This document shows, one piece after another, positions 11,524-25,012 of a stretch of DNA of 64,000 nucleotides; position 1 is the stretch's first letter, and the number at the start of each line of letters is the position of its first letter. The notes under the pieces are model-generated. The model did not search any database. It was not told the DNA's origin and was given only the letters and a program-made list of their open reading frames with translations. The position numbers were made by a program, and so were the translations under genes. The stretch comes from Macrostomum lignano (lineage: Eukaryota), in the NCBI GenBank assembly GCA_002269645.1, contig NIVC01000151.1:620001-684000 (forward strand), in the 5' to 3' direction.

Positions 11524-12566
11524 ATGGTAATTTCGAAAATTTCTCTCCAATATTCGATGTTCATTTCAGGCGGACGAGGCAGTGGAGAAGCACCAGGCAA
11601 CTCTGAACGAGTGAGTGAAGACCGGAGCTGTTTGGGTGACAAATTCACTGGCACCAAATTCACTGGCACCAAATTCACTGGCACCAAATTCACTGGCACC
11701 AAATTCACTGGCACCAAATTCACTGGCACCAAATTCACTGGCACCAAATTCACTGGCACCAAATTCACTGGCACCAAATTCACTGGCACCAAATTCACTG
11801 GCACCAAATTCACTGGCACCAAGATCATTCACACCCAGAGTTGTCAATACTATTTCCTCGCAGTCCCCTAGCACAGCGCCTCCCCGCCCGCAGAGAGTGG
11901 AAAGTGAACATGAAGTCGGACTGGGAGGCCCGCTGCCAGGCGCGCCATCGGGTCAACGCGGCCAAGGCGGTGCAGAAGCAGCTGGACGGAGAGTTGAAGT
12001 GCACGAAGGCCGTGCTTATCGAGGTGGGCGCAGCTGCTCTCTGGGATTTTCAGCGTGGGATTTGTTTGGTTTCTGTACCCAGTGTGGGATTTCTGTACCC
12101 AGTGTGGGATTTCTATACTCAGTGTGAGATTTCTGTACCCAGTGTGAGATTTCTGTACCCAGTGTGAGATTTCTGTACCCAGTGTGAGATTTCTGTACCC
12201 AGTGTGAGATTTCTATACTCAGTGTGAGATTTCTATACCCAGTGTGAGATTTCTGTACCCAGTGTGAGATTTCTGTAAATGAACTCTCGTGACTCCTACT
12301 GACTCTCGCGACTCTCACGACTCCTATGAATCCCATAGCCTCTGTGACTCCCATGAATCCAGTGACTCCTGTGACTCCCATGAATCCAGTGACTCCCGTG
12401 ACTCCCATGAATCCCGTGACTCCCGTGATGCTCATGACTCCCTCTCCACCCCTCTGCTCGCAAGGTTCGCAAGGAGGCGCTGCGGCAGCTGCTGGAGCGG
12501 GAGCGATCCGCCTACGCCAAGGAGCTGGAGGCGGAGGGCAAGACCTTCTACACGCAGCGAGCCTGA
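11524..12566 (+). CDS. CFAP141: Cilia- and flagella-associated protein 141 (C1orf189) ortholog; join(11524..11526,11570..11610,11864..12023,12465..12566), 101 aa
   Basis: All three introns are GT-AG and phase-consistent. C-terminus VRKEALRQLLERERSAYAKELEAEGKTFYTQRA matches the recalled CFAP141 ending (VRQAALHQLFEKE...ELNQMGKAFYVERF). Upstream X-box. Confidence 0.8.
11637..11822. repeat. 15-bp minisatellite in CFAP141 intron 2
   Basis: Unit AAATTCACTGGCACC, about 12 perfect copies. Confidence 0.95.
12052..12430. repeat. Two adjacent minisatellites in CFAP141 intron 3 (20-bp unit; 9/27-bp unit)
   Basis: GTGTGAGATTTCTGTACCCA about 11 times, then GACTCCCATGAATCC-type units. Confidence 0.85.
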
Positions 12567-12862
12567 GCTGCCGCCTGAACCCAACCTGAGCTGCCGAGAC
12601 TCAGCTTATTGTAGAGGCGACGTGTTTTAATGCCTGCTGAAATGCCCTAAGCTGCTTCTTTTTGTGTTTCTGGTTTTCCTAACAAGTACATACGAATATA
12701 TATTTATACATAACAGTTTCTATGGAAACTTTGACTGCTACTGGTAAAAACTAAAAAGCAAATTTTCAAACGAGTTGATGCGTTATGTACTGCTTTCAGT
12801 GTGTCGCTGTGCGCTCGGTTCTTGAAAGCCCCCCCCCCCCAATCCTTGTTTGCTTGTCCACC

Positions 12863-14957
12863 GCTAGCCTCCCAAATCCCCAGTTGCTAGGCCAGCCTCC
12901 CAGATCCTCAGTTGCTGGGCCAGCCTCCCAGATCCTCAGTTGCTGGGCCAGCCTCCCAGATCCTCAGAGCCAGCCTCCCAGATCCTCAGTTGCTAGGCCA
13001 GCCTCCCAGATCCTCAGTTGCTGGGCAAGCCTCCCAGATCCTCAGTTGCTGGGCAAGCTTCCCAGATCCTCAGTTGCTGGGCCAGCCTCCCAGATCCTCA
13101 GTTGCTGGGCCAGCGTCCCAGATCCTCAGAGCCAGCCTCCCAGATCCTCAGTTGCTAGGCCAGCCTCCCAGATCCTCAGTTGCTGGGCAAGCCTCCCAGA
13201 TCCTCAGTTGCTGGGCCAGCCTCCCAGATCTTCAGTTGCTGGGCCAGCCTCCCAGATCCTCAGTTGCTTAGCCAGCCTCCCAGATCCTCAGTTGCTGAGC
13301 CAGCCTCCCAGATCCTCAGTTGCTTAGCCAGCCTCCCAGATCCTCAGTTGCTGGGTCAGCCTCCCAGATCCTCAGTTGCTGGGCAACCGCCAGCCTCCCA
13401 GATCCTCAGTTGCTTAGCCAGCCTCCCAGATCCTCAGTTGCTTAGCCAGCCTCCCAGATCCTCAGTTGCTGGGTCAGCCTCCCAGATCCTCAGTTGCTGG
13501 GCAACCGCCAGCCTCCCAGATCCTCAGTTGCTTGGCCAGCCTCCCAGATCCTCAGTTGCTGAGCCAGCCTCCCAGATCCTCAGTTGCTGGGCCAGCCTCC
13601 CAGATCCTCAGTTGCTGGGCCAGCTTCCCAGATCCTCAGTTGCTGGGCCAGCCTCCCAGATCCTCAGTTGCTGGGCCAGCGTCCCAGATCCTCAGAGCCA
13701 GCCTCCCAGATCCTCAGTTGCTGGGCCAGCCTCCCAGATCCTCAGTTGCTGGGCAAGCCTCCCAGATCCTCAGTTGCTGGGCCAGCCTCCCAGATCCTCA
13801 GTTGCTGGGCCAGCTTCCCAGATCCTCAGTTGCTGGGCCAGCCTCCCAGATCCTCAGTTGCTGGGCCAGCGTCCCAGATCCTCAGAGCCAGCCTCCCAGA
13901 TCCTCAGTTGCTAGGCCAGCCTCCCAGATCCTCAGTTGCTGGGCAAGCCTCCCAGATCCTCAGTTGCTGGGCCAGCCACCCAGATCTTCAGTTGCTGGGC
14001 CAGCCTCCCAGATCCTCTGTTGCTGAGCCAGCCTCCCAGATCCTCAGTTGCTGGGCCAGCCTCCCAGATCCTCAGTTGCTTAGCCAGCCTCCCAGATCCT
14101 CAGTTGCTTAGCCAGCCTCCCAGATCCTCAGTTGCTTAGCCAGCCTCCCAGATCCTCAGTTGCTGGGTCAGCCTCCCAGATCCTCAGTTGCTGGGCAACC
14201 GCCAGCCTCCCAGATCCTCAGTTGCTTAGCCAGCCTCCCAGATCCTCAGTTGCTTAGCCAGCCTCCCAGATCCTCAGTTGCTGGGTCAGCCTCCCAGATC
14301 CTCAGTTGCTGGGCAACCGCCAGCCTCCCAGATCCTCAGTTGCTTGGCCAGCCTCCCAGATCCTCAGTTGCTGAGCCAGCCTCCCAGATCCTCAGTTGCT
14401 GGGCCAGCCTCCCAGATCCTCAGTTGCTGGGCCAGCTTCCCAGATCCTCAGTTGCTGGGCCAGCCTCCCAGATCCTCAGTTGCTGGGCCAGCGTCCCAGA
14501 TCCTCAGAGCCAGCCTCCCAGATCCTCAGTTGCTAGGCCAGCCTCCCAGATCCTCAGTTGCTGGGCAAGCCTCCCAGATCCTCAGTTGCTGGGCCAGCCT
14601 CCCAGATCCTCAGTTGCTGGGCCAGCTTCCCAGATCCTCAGTTGCTGGGCCAGCCTCCCAGATCCTCAGTTGCTGGGCCAGCGTCCCAGATCCTCAGAGC
14701 CAGCCTCTCAGATCCTCAGTTGCTAGGCCAGCCTCCCAGATCCTCAGTTGCTGGGCAAGCCTCCCAGATCCTCAGTTGCTGGGCCAGCCTCCCAGATCCT
14801 CAGTTGCTGAGCCAGCCTCCCAGATCTTCAGTTGCTGGGCCAGCCTCCCAGATCCTCAGTTGCTGAGCCAGCCTCCCAGATCTTCAGTTGCTGGGCCAGC
14901 CTCCCAGATCCTCAGTTGCTTGGCCAGCCTCCCAGATCCTCAGTTGCTGGGCCAGCC
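12863..14957. repeat. 28-bp minisatellite (~2.1 kb) with 21- and 35-bp variant units
   Basis: Unit GCCAGCCTCCCAGATCCTCAGTTGCTGG; recurring variant blocks indicate higher-order duplications. Confidence 0.95.
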
Positions 14958-15157
14958 AGCCATACATATAAATATGTAAGACGCCGCTCCTTTTTTGTTT
15001 GAGGCAAAACTGATTTCTGTAATTTTTGTCTGCACCCCTACAAACTGGAGGATTTCAATTCAATTCTTGGCTCAAAGGCCGCGCTTTGACTCGAGAAAGG
15101 CTCCGGCTTTAAAGCTGAGAGCTACTAACAAAGGGTGGAAAATATTCAATTAAAAAG

Positions 15158-17458
15158 ATGAGTTTAATGAAAGACTCGCCCGCGTCCAATGATCCACACA
15201 AAGAAATTCTAAAATGGGCATCAGCAGAAGCTTCTCAAGTGACCTTCAAGGTAAAGTTCATGACCTTTATTCTATTTTACGCTTATACTGTAGTTAAAAA
15301 ATCAGTTCGATTCATCCAGCGGCTTGGTTGTTGGCTTCGCAGTCTTTAAGCCTCGAATTTCACTGTAGCCAATATAAATTGAACTTCTTGTTAAGAGTGA
15401 ATACATGTAAGTCCATTAATTAGCCGTAATTATTTTTCCTTGACTCTCTGCTCACTACATGGCAGTCTTGGTCCAAGCAGGGACAACTGGAATCACAGGG
15501 GCGCAAAACGAGCCAAAAAAATCTTAAGAGCCCGTTTGAATGCACTGCCAATTCCCATTAGTGTTTGTACACATGTTAGAAGTCTTATATTATAGGTGCA
15601 TCTCTCTCCACCATGTAGATGTACGAGTGCTACGGATAAAGTGAAGGTGAATCAAACTGAAAAAAGCCTAATTTTGTGAGGATTGGTGTGAGTTTAGAAA
15701 ATCATACAGACACTCCACCAGAAGGAGACGGTATCGGCATGGAACAGACGGTTTTGCGTACATTTCGGCACAATTTCGCGGAACACCTGACAGACTTGTG
15801 AGCACTGAATGAATAACCTTTGCTGCGTCAGTCTCCGTGCTGACTTATCCCGTACCTGCTATGGTAGTGAGTTGCTGCGTCAGTCTCCGTGCTGACTTAT
15901 CCCGTACCTGCTATGGTAGTAGTTGCTGCGTCAGTCTCCGTGCTGACTTATCCCGTACCTGCTATGGTAGTGAGTTGCTGCGTCAGTCTCCGTGCTGACT
16001 TATCCCGTACCTGCTATGGTAGTGAGTTGCTGCGTCAGTCTCCGTGCTGACTTATCCCGTACCTGCTATGGTAGTGAGTTGCTGCGTCAGTCTCCGTGCT
16101 GACTTATCCCGTACCTGCTATGGTAGTGAGTTGCTGCGTCAGTCTCCGTGCTGACTTATCCCGTACCTGCTATGGCAGTAGTTGCTGCGTCAGTCTCCGT
16201 GCTGACTTATCCCGTACCTGCTATGGTAGTAGTTGCTGCGTCAGTCTCCGTGCTGACGTATCCTGTACCTGCTATGGTAGTAGTTGCTGCGTCAGTCTTC
16301 GTGCTGACTTATCCCGTACCTGCTATGGTAGTAGTTGCTGCGTCAGTCTTCGTGCTGACTTATCCCGTACCTGCTATGGTAGTAGTTGCTGCGTCAGTCT
16401 CCGTGCTGACTTATCCCGTACCTGCTATGGTAGTAGTTGCTGCGTCAGTCTTCGTGCTGACTTATCCCGTACCTGCTATGGTAGTAGTTGCTGCGTCAGT
16501 CTCCGTGCTGACTTATCCCGTACCTGCTATGGTAGTAGTTGCTGCGTCAGTCTTCGTGCTGACTTATCCCGTACCTGCTATGGCAGTAGTTGCTGCGTCA
16601 GTCTTCGTGCTGACTTATCCCGTACCTGCTATGGTAGTGAGTTGCTGCGTCAGTCTTCGTGCTGACTTATCCCGTACCTGCTATGGTAGTAGTTGCAGCG
16701 TTCGGGGATGAGGCAGTGACAACAGCTTCATTAGGTAAACGTGTGCCGAAGTGCTAATTCAACACATCAATCCCTGTTGGGAACTATGGTGAAATATCGT
16801 AGTAACGACTTTTCCTGCGTATCAAAGTAAGTGTCTAACATGTTTATAGTCGGATAATTCTCTATACGAGATGCCTCTGCCTCATGTTCTTCCTGGTGAG
16901 GAGTTATTTGTGGGGAATTCTTCCTGGAGAGAAGCTATTAAATGTACACCTCCTCACATTTACATAGTAAATGTAGTATCACTCTAGACAAGCCACTGTG
17001 ATATACATGTAGTATCACCATCACCCGAGATAAGCCACTGTGATATACATGTAGTATCACCATCACCCGAGATAAGCCACTGTGATATACATGTAGTATC
17101 ACCATCACCCGAGATAAGCCACTGTGATATACATGTAGTATCACCATCACCCGAGATAAGCCACTGTGATATACATGTAGTATCACCATCACCCGAGATA
17201 AGCCACTGTGATATACATGTAGTATCACCATCACCCGAGATAAGCCACTGTGATATACATGTAGTATCACCCGAACAGACTAATCAATCGTGACCGCAAA
17301 GCCGTCCGTCACAGACTGGCGGCGAGTCTGGCTGCCAGACAAGCCGAAGATTCGGCTCTGCGCACTGCCACTTTCAGTCCCGAGTCCCCCGCTGCTCCTG
17401 GGGCTGTTCGAATTCGGTTGACATCATGCTGCAGGATGCTGCAGCTCTTGCAGGCTTG
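15158..17458 (+). CDS. Possible multi-exon gene of unknown product with minisatellite-filled introns
   Basis: Candidate exons MSLMKDSPASNDPHKEILKWASAEASQVTFK|GTAAAG, ENHTDTPPEGDGIGMEQTVLRTFRHNFAEHLTD|GTGAGC, and LINRDRKAVRHRLAASLAARQAED. A phase-consistent full model was not obtained. Confidence 0.3.
15822..16700. repeat. 51/52-bp minisatellite
   Basis: Unit GCTGCGTCAGTCTCCGTGCTGACTTATCCCGTACCTGCTATGGTAGT(G)AGTT, about 17 copies; internal GTCAG...CTGAC inverted repeat. Confidence 0.95.
16965..17270. repeat. 42-bp minisatellite
   Basis: Unit TACATGTAGTATCACCATCACCCGAGATAAGCCACTGTGATA, about 7 copies. Confidence 0.95.
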
Positions 17459-17676
17459 AGCCAAAATTATTTGGGCAATCGGTCCTCACACGCTCTCTGT
17501 GGCTGCTGTCAGTTTTAGAGTGTTGGCTGCTAGAAAGCACATTCAATCTGTTCATTTTTACAAGAAACATAAACGACCGACCGTTTTTTATCTCATTACA
17601 AACACTATAGAGAGATTTGCTTCCTATTCTTCTCTCTCTACTCGGTAGTAGGTTGTGGAATAATGTCAAGTAAAAA

Positions 17677-18150
17677 CTTTATTGATACAAAAAAGTACAA
17701 CAAATATGCAGGCCGGAAACCATTTATTGTCAATCGCTCTGGACTCACCCTTACCTGCAGCTGCTAACAAGTACATTCATAGAGAGAGAGAGAGAGAGAG
17801 AAGGGAGGGAAACATAGCGGTGCAACCCAACCCAGCACAAGGTACCAAGTTACCAAATCCTCCACGCAAAGAAAAAAATATTTTCAACATAAAAGCAACT
17901 CCACCAAGAACAATTAAGGTTTACTGAAAGTTCAATTGCACTCGTAGGTCAGTCTATCCGGTGCCCTTGTGGTCCTCTCCGATCGCCGCAACCCGGCGCC
18001 CGCGAAGTTGGTCTCGAGAAACGTGGTGATCTCCTGAGGCTGGGTCCAGAGAGCCTGAGGGGTCGGGTTGGTCGACAGAGCAGGGCAGTTGAAAAGGTGG
18101 ACAACCGCCTCGTCGACAGCAGCTTTCGGAACGATGGATGGCGGGAGCCT
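17677..18150 (-). mobile_element. 3' remnant of a non-LTR retrotransposon
   Basis: Minus-strand frame VVHLFNCPALSTNPTPQALWTQPQEITTFL resembles the C-terminal HLFxCP..LW..P motif of LINE ORF2; followed by a (TC)n tract and AATAAA. Confidence 0.45.
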
Positions 18151-18642
18151 GAGAGCCTAGCACAGGGTTGACCGGCAGATTAAGCAGCTGGTTGCGAACG
18201 AAGCAGGTATGGAGCGTGTGGAGGCATGATTTATACTTTAAATCAGTCTGAATGCATTGACTGCCTTTCTAACTTATACTGTATTCTCAGTGATGCAGGT
18301 GCTGTGGTATGGTATGGATATCGAATGTTTGCATTTCAGCTTCCCGCTACTCATGTCCAAGCACAAATTTGCATTTGACTGACCTACTAGTTGATGGTGC
18401 AATTGGCATTGGACCTGAGCTGAATGAGTTCTTGAATGCTAGGGTCAAGAGTTTGTTGCTTCATCATGTTGTCTCTTGGCAAACATGAGTTGACATATTT
18501 ATGAGTACGAAGCATTGCGGTCTTAGGACCAAAAAATGTGGCCTTAAATATGTTCGTGTCTGAGGCAGCCAGGAGTCGGTTAAACAGAATGAAGACGCAA
18601 ATTTGATGCAGCTTGAAAATTTTCTGACTCCAAAATCAGACA

Positions 18643-19182
18643 CACAATCTACCATTGTCTGCCTCCAAAACCATACACACAATCTACCATTGTCTGCCTC
18701 CAAAACCATACACACAATCTACCATTGTCTGCCTCCTAAACCATACACATAATCTACCATTGTCTGCCTCCAAAACCAGACACACAATCTACCATTGTCT
18801 GCCTCCAAAACCATACACACAATCTACCATTGTCTGCCTCCAAAACCATACACACAATCTACCATTGTCTGCCTCCAAAACCATACACACAATCTACCAT
18901 TGTCTGCCTCCAAAACCATACACACAATCTACCATTATCTGCCTCCAAAACCAGACACACAATCTACCATTGTCTGCCTCCAAAACCATACACACAATCT
19001 ACCATTGTCTGCCTCCAAAACCAGACACACAATCTACCATTGTCTGCCTCCAAAACCATACACACAATCTACCATTGTCTGCCTCCAAAACCATACACAC
19101 AATCTACCATTGTCTGCCTCCAAAACCACACACACAATCTACCATTGTCTGCCTCCAAAACCAGACACACAATCTACCATTG
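18643..19182. repeat. 35-bp minisatellite
   Basis: Unit ACACACAATCTACCATTGTCTGCCTCCAAAACCAT, about 15 copies. Confidence 0.95.
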
Positions 19183-20627
19183 CTGGGCAGAGGAGGGCCA
19201 GAAGCCACAGCAAACAGGGGGGGGGGGGGATCACGCAGCGGACTCGTGCTGCTGCATTTAGCGTCCCACAAGGCCAGAAGACTGAGCAATAGTTTTCATA
19301 ACTGGCCAATCAGCCAGCGTCAAATATACACATATAATTTTTTAATCCCGTTTTAATATCCAATAGTTGTATAAATTTATATAAGCTGCTGCAGAAGCAG
19401 AAGAGCCGCTCAGTTGTGAGGCTTTCAGCCCAGAGTACCCATTAGCCAGCGTGCTCATTCTGCCAGCCCCGACCCGGCGCATGCACTTGTCATGCTGGTG
19501 CAGTCGCGCTCTCAGCTGCTGGCTTGCCTCACCAGCGCATCCTCTCAGTGGCGGTGCATGGATGGACTCTGAAATTACTGGACTAAGAATACGATTGGAA
19601 TTCAAGTGGGAATCCAATTGAAGCAATCTTTTAACTTATACACTCGTAGAACGAAAAGAAAATGAGCAATAGTACTGTAGAATCGACTGAGTTATTGGCA
19701 CATTCTGTGTAAAAGTACAAATAAAATGATTAGATAAAATGACTGAGATCAGAAAGTTTGCTAAGCAGTGTTTAGGGAGGAATTTCTACTTCAGATTAAA
19801 AATAAAGATTTTCTTTGCTTGACCCTTATTACTACCATTAGTATGGACTGATATTGTTAGAATATATTAGTTACATGTAGTCTTGGTTCACAATTGCAGT
19901 TTCAGTGAGTTTAGTGGTTAATACGCGTCTTTGTTTTTGTTTAACTGTTTTTTACCTCATATGTATAAAAAAGCACACATTATTTCTATTTAGGCGACAG
20001 TCATTACAGCGAAAACTTGCCGGATGCGGACTTCTTTGTATCAAAAGGAGCCGATAGCAGGGTAATAAGATAAGATAAAACGTGGCTCACACGAGCAAGC
20101 ATTGCTTCAAAAGGCTTAGAAAAGGCAAAATGGTCACCCTGCAGCAGAATGGTTTGCACGGACGCGCCGAGTTACTCAGCATGCAGAGAGATTGCATCTC
20201 CAGAAATAACAAAACAAATCCTCTTGACCTTTAAATCAAAATAAAAACTCTGGCACTGGCTATCTACAGGCCACAGCTGATGGGGGGCTGTCGTCATTAC
20301 TTTTTTAGACAGTGAGAGAGCAAGGCTCGCACTGCTGATGTCCCAGGGCTGTTCAGGGAGGCGCCAAGGTCACGCAGTTCAAATTATAGCTGAACCGCAT
20401 GTTCAAATCTCTATATATATATATTAATTGTTGTCCAACCCTCCAGTTAGAGTATCCACATGGCGAGATCCACCTGTAATGCTCGTAGAAGATATTATGA
20501 AAAATACAATTGAGCAATTGAGTCCTTTCTATCAACTTAATCCTTTCTATTTGCTACGAAAAGATTTATCGTACAAAATTGTGACTGGTGCAGAGACTGG
20601 TTTCCAAAACTTTATTAGCGGCACTCT

Positions 20628-21445
20628 GTGGTAGGACTGGCAGGGAGTAGCGGTACTCTATGGTAGGACTGGCAGGGAGTAGCGGTACTCTCTATGGTAG
20701 GACTGGCAGGGAGTAGCGGCACTCTGTGGTAGGACTGGCAGGGAGTAGCGGCACTCTATGGTAGGACTGGCAGGGAGTAGCGGCACTCTGTGGTAGGACT
20801 GGAAGGGAGTAGCGGCACTCTGTGGTAGGACTGGAAGGGAGTAGCAGCACTCTATGGTACATGTAGGACTGGCAGGGAGTAGCGGTACTCTATGGTACAT
20901 GTAGGACTGGAAGGGAGTAGCGGCACTCTGTGGTAGGACTGGCAGGGAGTAGCGGTACTCTGTGGTAGGACTGGCAGGGAGTAGCGGCACTCTGTGGTAG
21001 GACTGACAGGGAGTAGCGGTACTCTATGGTACATGTAGGACTGGCAGGGAGTAGCGGTACTCTATGGTACATGTAGGACTGGCAGGGAGTAGCGGTACTC
21101 TATGGTACATGTAGGACTGGAAGGGAGTAGCGGCACTCTGTGGTAGGACTGGCAGGGAGTAGCGGTACTCTGTGGTAGGACTGGCAGGGAGTAGCGGCAC
21201 TCTGTGGTAGGACTGGCAGGGAGTAGCGGCACTCTGTGGTAGGACTGGCAGGGAGTAGCGGCACTCTGTGGTAGGACTGGCAGGGAGTAGCGGCACTCTG
21301 TGGTAGGACTGGCAGGGAGAAGCAGCACTCTGTGGTAGGACTGGCAGGGAGTAGCGGCACTCTGTAGTAGGACTGGCAGGGAGTAGCGGCACTCTATGTT
21401 AGGACTGGCAGGGAGAAGCAGCACTCTATGGTAGGACTGGCAGGT
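20628..21445. repeat. 32-bp minisatellite with 38-bp variants
   Basis: Unit CTCTGTGGTAGGACTGGCAGGGAGTAGCGGCA, variants carrying an ACATGT insertion; about 24 copies. Confidence 0.95.
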
Positions 21446-21549
21446 TTTTTACATCGCCACGCAGATTCGACGGGCAAGACTTGAAAGGGAAAATACGTTT
21501 CTGAAACTGGCAGAGGGATTTGACGGAAAACTTCGCTGGTTATTTAAGA

Positions 21550-22015
21550 TGTTCTCAGCGAATGACAGGATAAGTTTTTGGCGGAGTTAGTTATTGAGTG
21601 AGTACAGCTGCTGCTGTCGCTTTTTCTGCTTGGATTTGTCGATTTCTGGACGCCATTCGGGCAGGTCGGTGAGTTGCTGTCATCAAGTAGCACGGTGCAT
21701 TTCTGTTTTATGACCGGTATTGAAGACTTGAGAAGTCGAACTTTTTACACGCGAGCATGAGGTCGCTGTCAGCCCAATGACCAATCAGAGCTGGAATGCC
21801 AATAAGAAATTCATTTCTGCCAGCATCTGAGAGTTAGCACAAGCCCTCTCAGCTTTATAGTCAGCATCAATGCGAATTGGAAAAATTTTTTCGATTAGCT
21901 CACGCCGTCTCACCGACAGCGAGCGCCCAGCCAGCATTTTGGACTTGCGCCTCACTGTGGCTGGGGAAGACTGAATTAGCGCCATGCACATTGGCGCGTA
22001 TTGACTGCAGGCAAC
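21550..22015 (-). CDS. Possible exons of an unknown minus-strand gene abutting the 42-bp satellite
   Basis: Acceptor-like CTTCAG at the satellite end, then VACSQYAPMCMALIQSSPATVRRKSKMLAGRSLSVRR|GTGAGC; further Ser-rich open segment at ~21550-21710. No homology recognised. Confidence 0.25.
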
Positions 22016-22019
22016 TGAA

Positions 22020-25012
22020 GTGGCAGAAGTGCGCAGAGCTCCATGCTGGCATAAGCATGCATTGGCAGAAGTGCGCAGAGCTCCATGCTGGCATAAGCAT
22101 GCATTGGCAGAAGTGCGCAGAGCTCCATGCTGGCATAAGCATGCATTGGCAGAAGTGCGCAGAGCTCCATGCTGGCATAAGCATGCATTGGCAGAAGTGC
22201 GCAGAGCTCCATGCTGGCATAAGCACGCATTGGCAGAAGTGCGCAGAGCTCCATGCTGGCATAAGCATGCATTGGCAGAAGTGCGCAGAGCTCCATGCTG
22301 GCATAAGCACGCATTGGCAGAAGTGCGCAGAGCTCCATGCTGGCATAAGCATGCATTGGCAGAAGTGCGCAGAGCTCCATGCTGGCATAAGCATGCATTA
22401 GCAGAAGTGCGCAGAGCTCCATGCTGGCATAAGCACGCATTGGCAGAAGTGCGCAGAGCTCCATGCTGGCATAAGCATGCATTGGCAGAAGTGCGCAGAG
22501 CTCCATGCTGGCATAAGCATGCATTGGCAGAAGTGCGCAGAGCTCCATGCTGGCATAAGCACGCATTGGCAGAAGTGCGCAGAGCTCCATGCTGGCATAA
22601 GCATGCATTGGCAGAAGTGCGCAGAGCTCCATGCTGGCATAAGCATGCATTAGCAGAAGTGCGCAGAGCTCCATGCTGGCATAAGCATGCATTGGCAGAA
22701 GTGCGCAGAGCTCCATGCTGGCATAAGCATGCATTGGCAGAAGTGCGCAGAGCTCCATGCTGGCATAAGCATGCATTGGCAGAAGTGCGCAGAGCTCCAT
22801 GCTGGCATAAGCACGCATTGGCAGAAGTGCGCAGAGCTCCATGCTGGCATAAGCATGCATTGGCAGAAGTGCGCAGAGCTCCATGCTGGCATAAGCACGC
22901 ATTGGCAGAAGTGCGCAGAGCTCCATGCTGGCATAAGCATGCATTGGCAGAAGTGCGCAGAGCTCCATGCTGGCATAAGCATGCATTAGCAGAAGTGCGC
23001 AGAGCTCCATGCTGGCATAAGCATGCATTGGCAGAAGTGCGCAGAGCTCCATGCTGGCATAAGCATGCATTGGCAGAATTTCGCAGAGCTCCATGCTGGC
23101 ATAAGCATGCATTGGCAGAAGTGCGCAGAGCTCCATGCTGGCATAAGCATGCATTGGCAGAAGTGCGCAGAGCTCCATGCTGGCATAAGCACGCATTGGC
23201 AGAAGTGCGCAGAGCTCCATGCTGGCATAAGCATGCATTGGCAGAAGTGCGCAGAGCTCCATGCTGGCATAAGCATGCATTAGCAGAAGTGCGCAGAGCT
23301 CCATGCTGGCATAAGCATGCATTGGCAGAAGTGCGCAGAGCTCCATGCTGGCATAAGCATGCATTGGCAGAAGTGCGCAGAGCTCCATGCTGGCATAAGC
23401 ATGCATTGGCAGAAGTGCGCAGAGCTCCATGCTGGCATAAGCATGCATTGGCAGAAGTGCGCAGAGCTCCATGCTGGCATAAGCACGCATTGGCAGAAGT
23501 GCGCAGAGCTCCATGCTGGCATAAGCATGCATTGGCAGAAGTGCGCAGAGCTCCATGCTGGCATAAGCACGCATTGGCAGAAGTGCGCAGAGCTCCATGC
23601 TGGCATAAGCATGCATTGGCAGAAGTGCGCAGAGCTCCATGCTGGCATAAGCATGCATTAGCAGAAGTGCGCAGAGCTCCATGCTGGCATAAGCATGCAT
23701 TGGCAGAAGTGCGCAGAGCTCCATGCTGGCATAAGCATGCATTGGCAGAAGTGCGCAGAGCTCCATGCTGGCATAAGCATGCATTGGCAGAAGTGCGCAG
23801 AGCTCCATGCTGGCATAAGCATGCATTGGCAGAAGTGCGCAGAGCTCCATGCTGGCATAAGCACGCATTGGCAGAAGTGCGCAGAGCTCCATGCTGGCAT
23901 AAGCATGCATTGGCAGAAGTGCGCAGAGCTCCATGCTGGCATAAGCACGCATTGGTAGAAGTGCGCAGAGCTCCATGCTGGCATAAGCATGCATTGGCAG
24001 AAGTGCGCAGAGCTCCATGCTGGCATAAGCATGCATTAGCAGAAGTGCGCAGAGCTCCATGCTGGCATAAGCATGCATTGGCAGAAGTGCGCAGAGCTCC
24101 ATGCTGGCATAAGCATGCATTGGCAGAAGTGCGCAGAGCTCCATGCTGGCATAAGCATGCATTGGCAGAAGTGCGCAGAGCTCCATGCTGGCATAAGCAT
24201 GCATTGGCAGAAGTGCGCAGAGCTCCATGCTGGCATAAGCATGCATTGGCAGAAGTGCGCAGAGCTCCATGCTGGCATAAGCATGCATTGGCAGAAGTGC
24301 GCAGAGCTCCATGCTGGCATAAGCATGCATTGGCAGAAGTGCGCAGAGCTCCATGCTGGCATAAGCATGCATTGGCAGAAGTGCGCAGAGCTCCATGCTG
24401 GCATAAGCATGCATTGGCAGAAGTGCGCAGAGCTCCATGCTGGCATAAGCACGCATTGGCAGAAGTGCGCAGAGCTCCATGCTGGCATAAGCATGCATTG
24501 GCAGAAGTGCGCAGAGCTCCATGCTGGCATAAGCACGCATTGGCAGAAGTGCGCAGAGCTCCATGCTGGCATAAGCATGCATTGGCAGAAGTGCGCAGAG
24601 CTCCATGCTGGCATAAGCACGCATTGGCAGAAGTGCGCAGAGCTCCATGCTGGCATAAGCACGCATTGGCAGAAGTGCGCAGAGCTCCATGCTGGCATAA
24701 GCACGCATTGGCAGAAGTGCGCAGAGCTCCATGCTGGCATAAGCATGCATTGGCAGAAGTGCGCAGAGCTCCATGCTGGCATAAGCATGCATTGGCAGAA
24801 GTGCGCAGAGCTCCATGCTGGCATAAGCATGCATTGGCAGAAGTGCGCAGAGCTCCATGCTGGCATAAGCATGCATTGGCAGAAGTGCGCAGAGCTCCAT
24901 GCTGGCATAAGCATGCATTGGCAGAAGTGCGCAGAGCTCCATGCTGGCATAAGCACGCATTGGCAGAAGTGCGCAGAGCTCCATGCTGGCATAAGCATGC
25001 ATTGGCAGAAGT
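22020..25012. repeat. 42-bp satellite, about 71 near-identical copies (~3 kb)
   Basis: Unit TGGCAGAAGTGCGCAGAGCTCCATGCTGGCATAAGCATGCAT; essentially two recurrent variant sites. Confidence 0.98.

Noticed and set aside
12785-14979. Many overlapping Pro/Ser/Gln-rich ORFs
   Set aside because: Translations of the 28-bp minisatellite; the same peptide cycles through all three frames.
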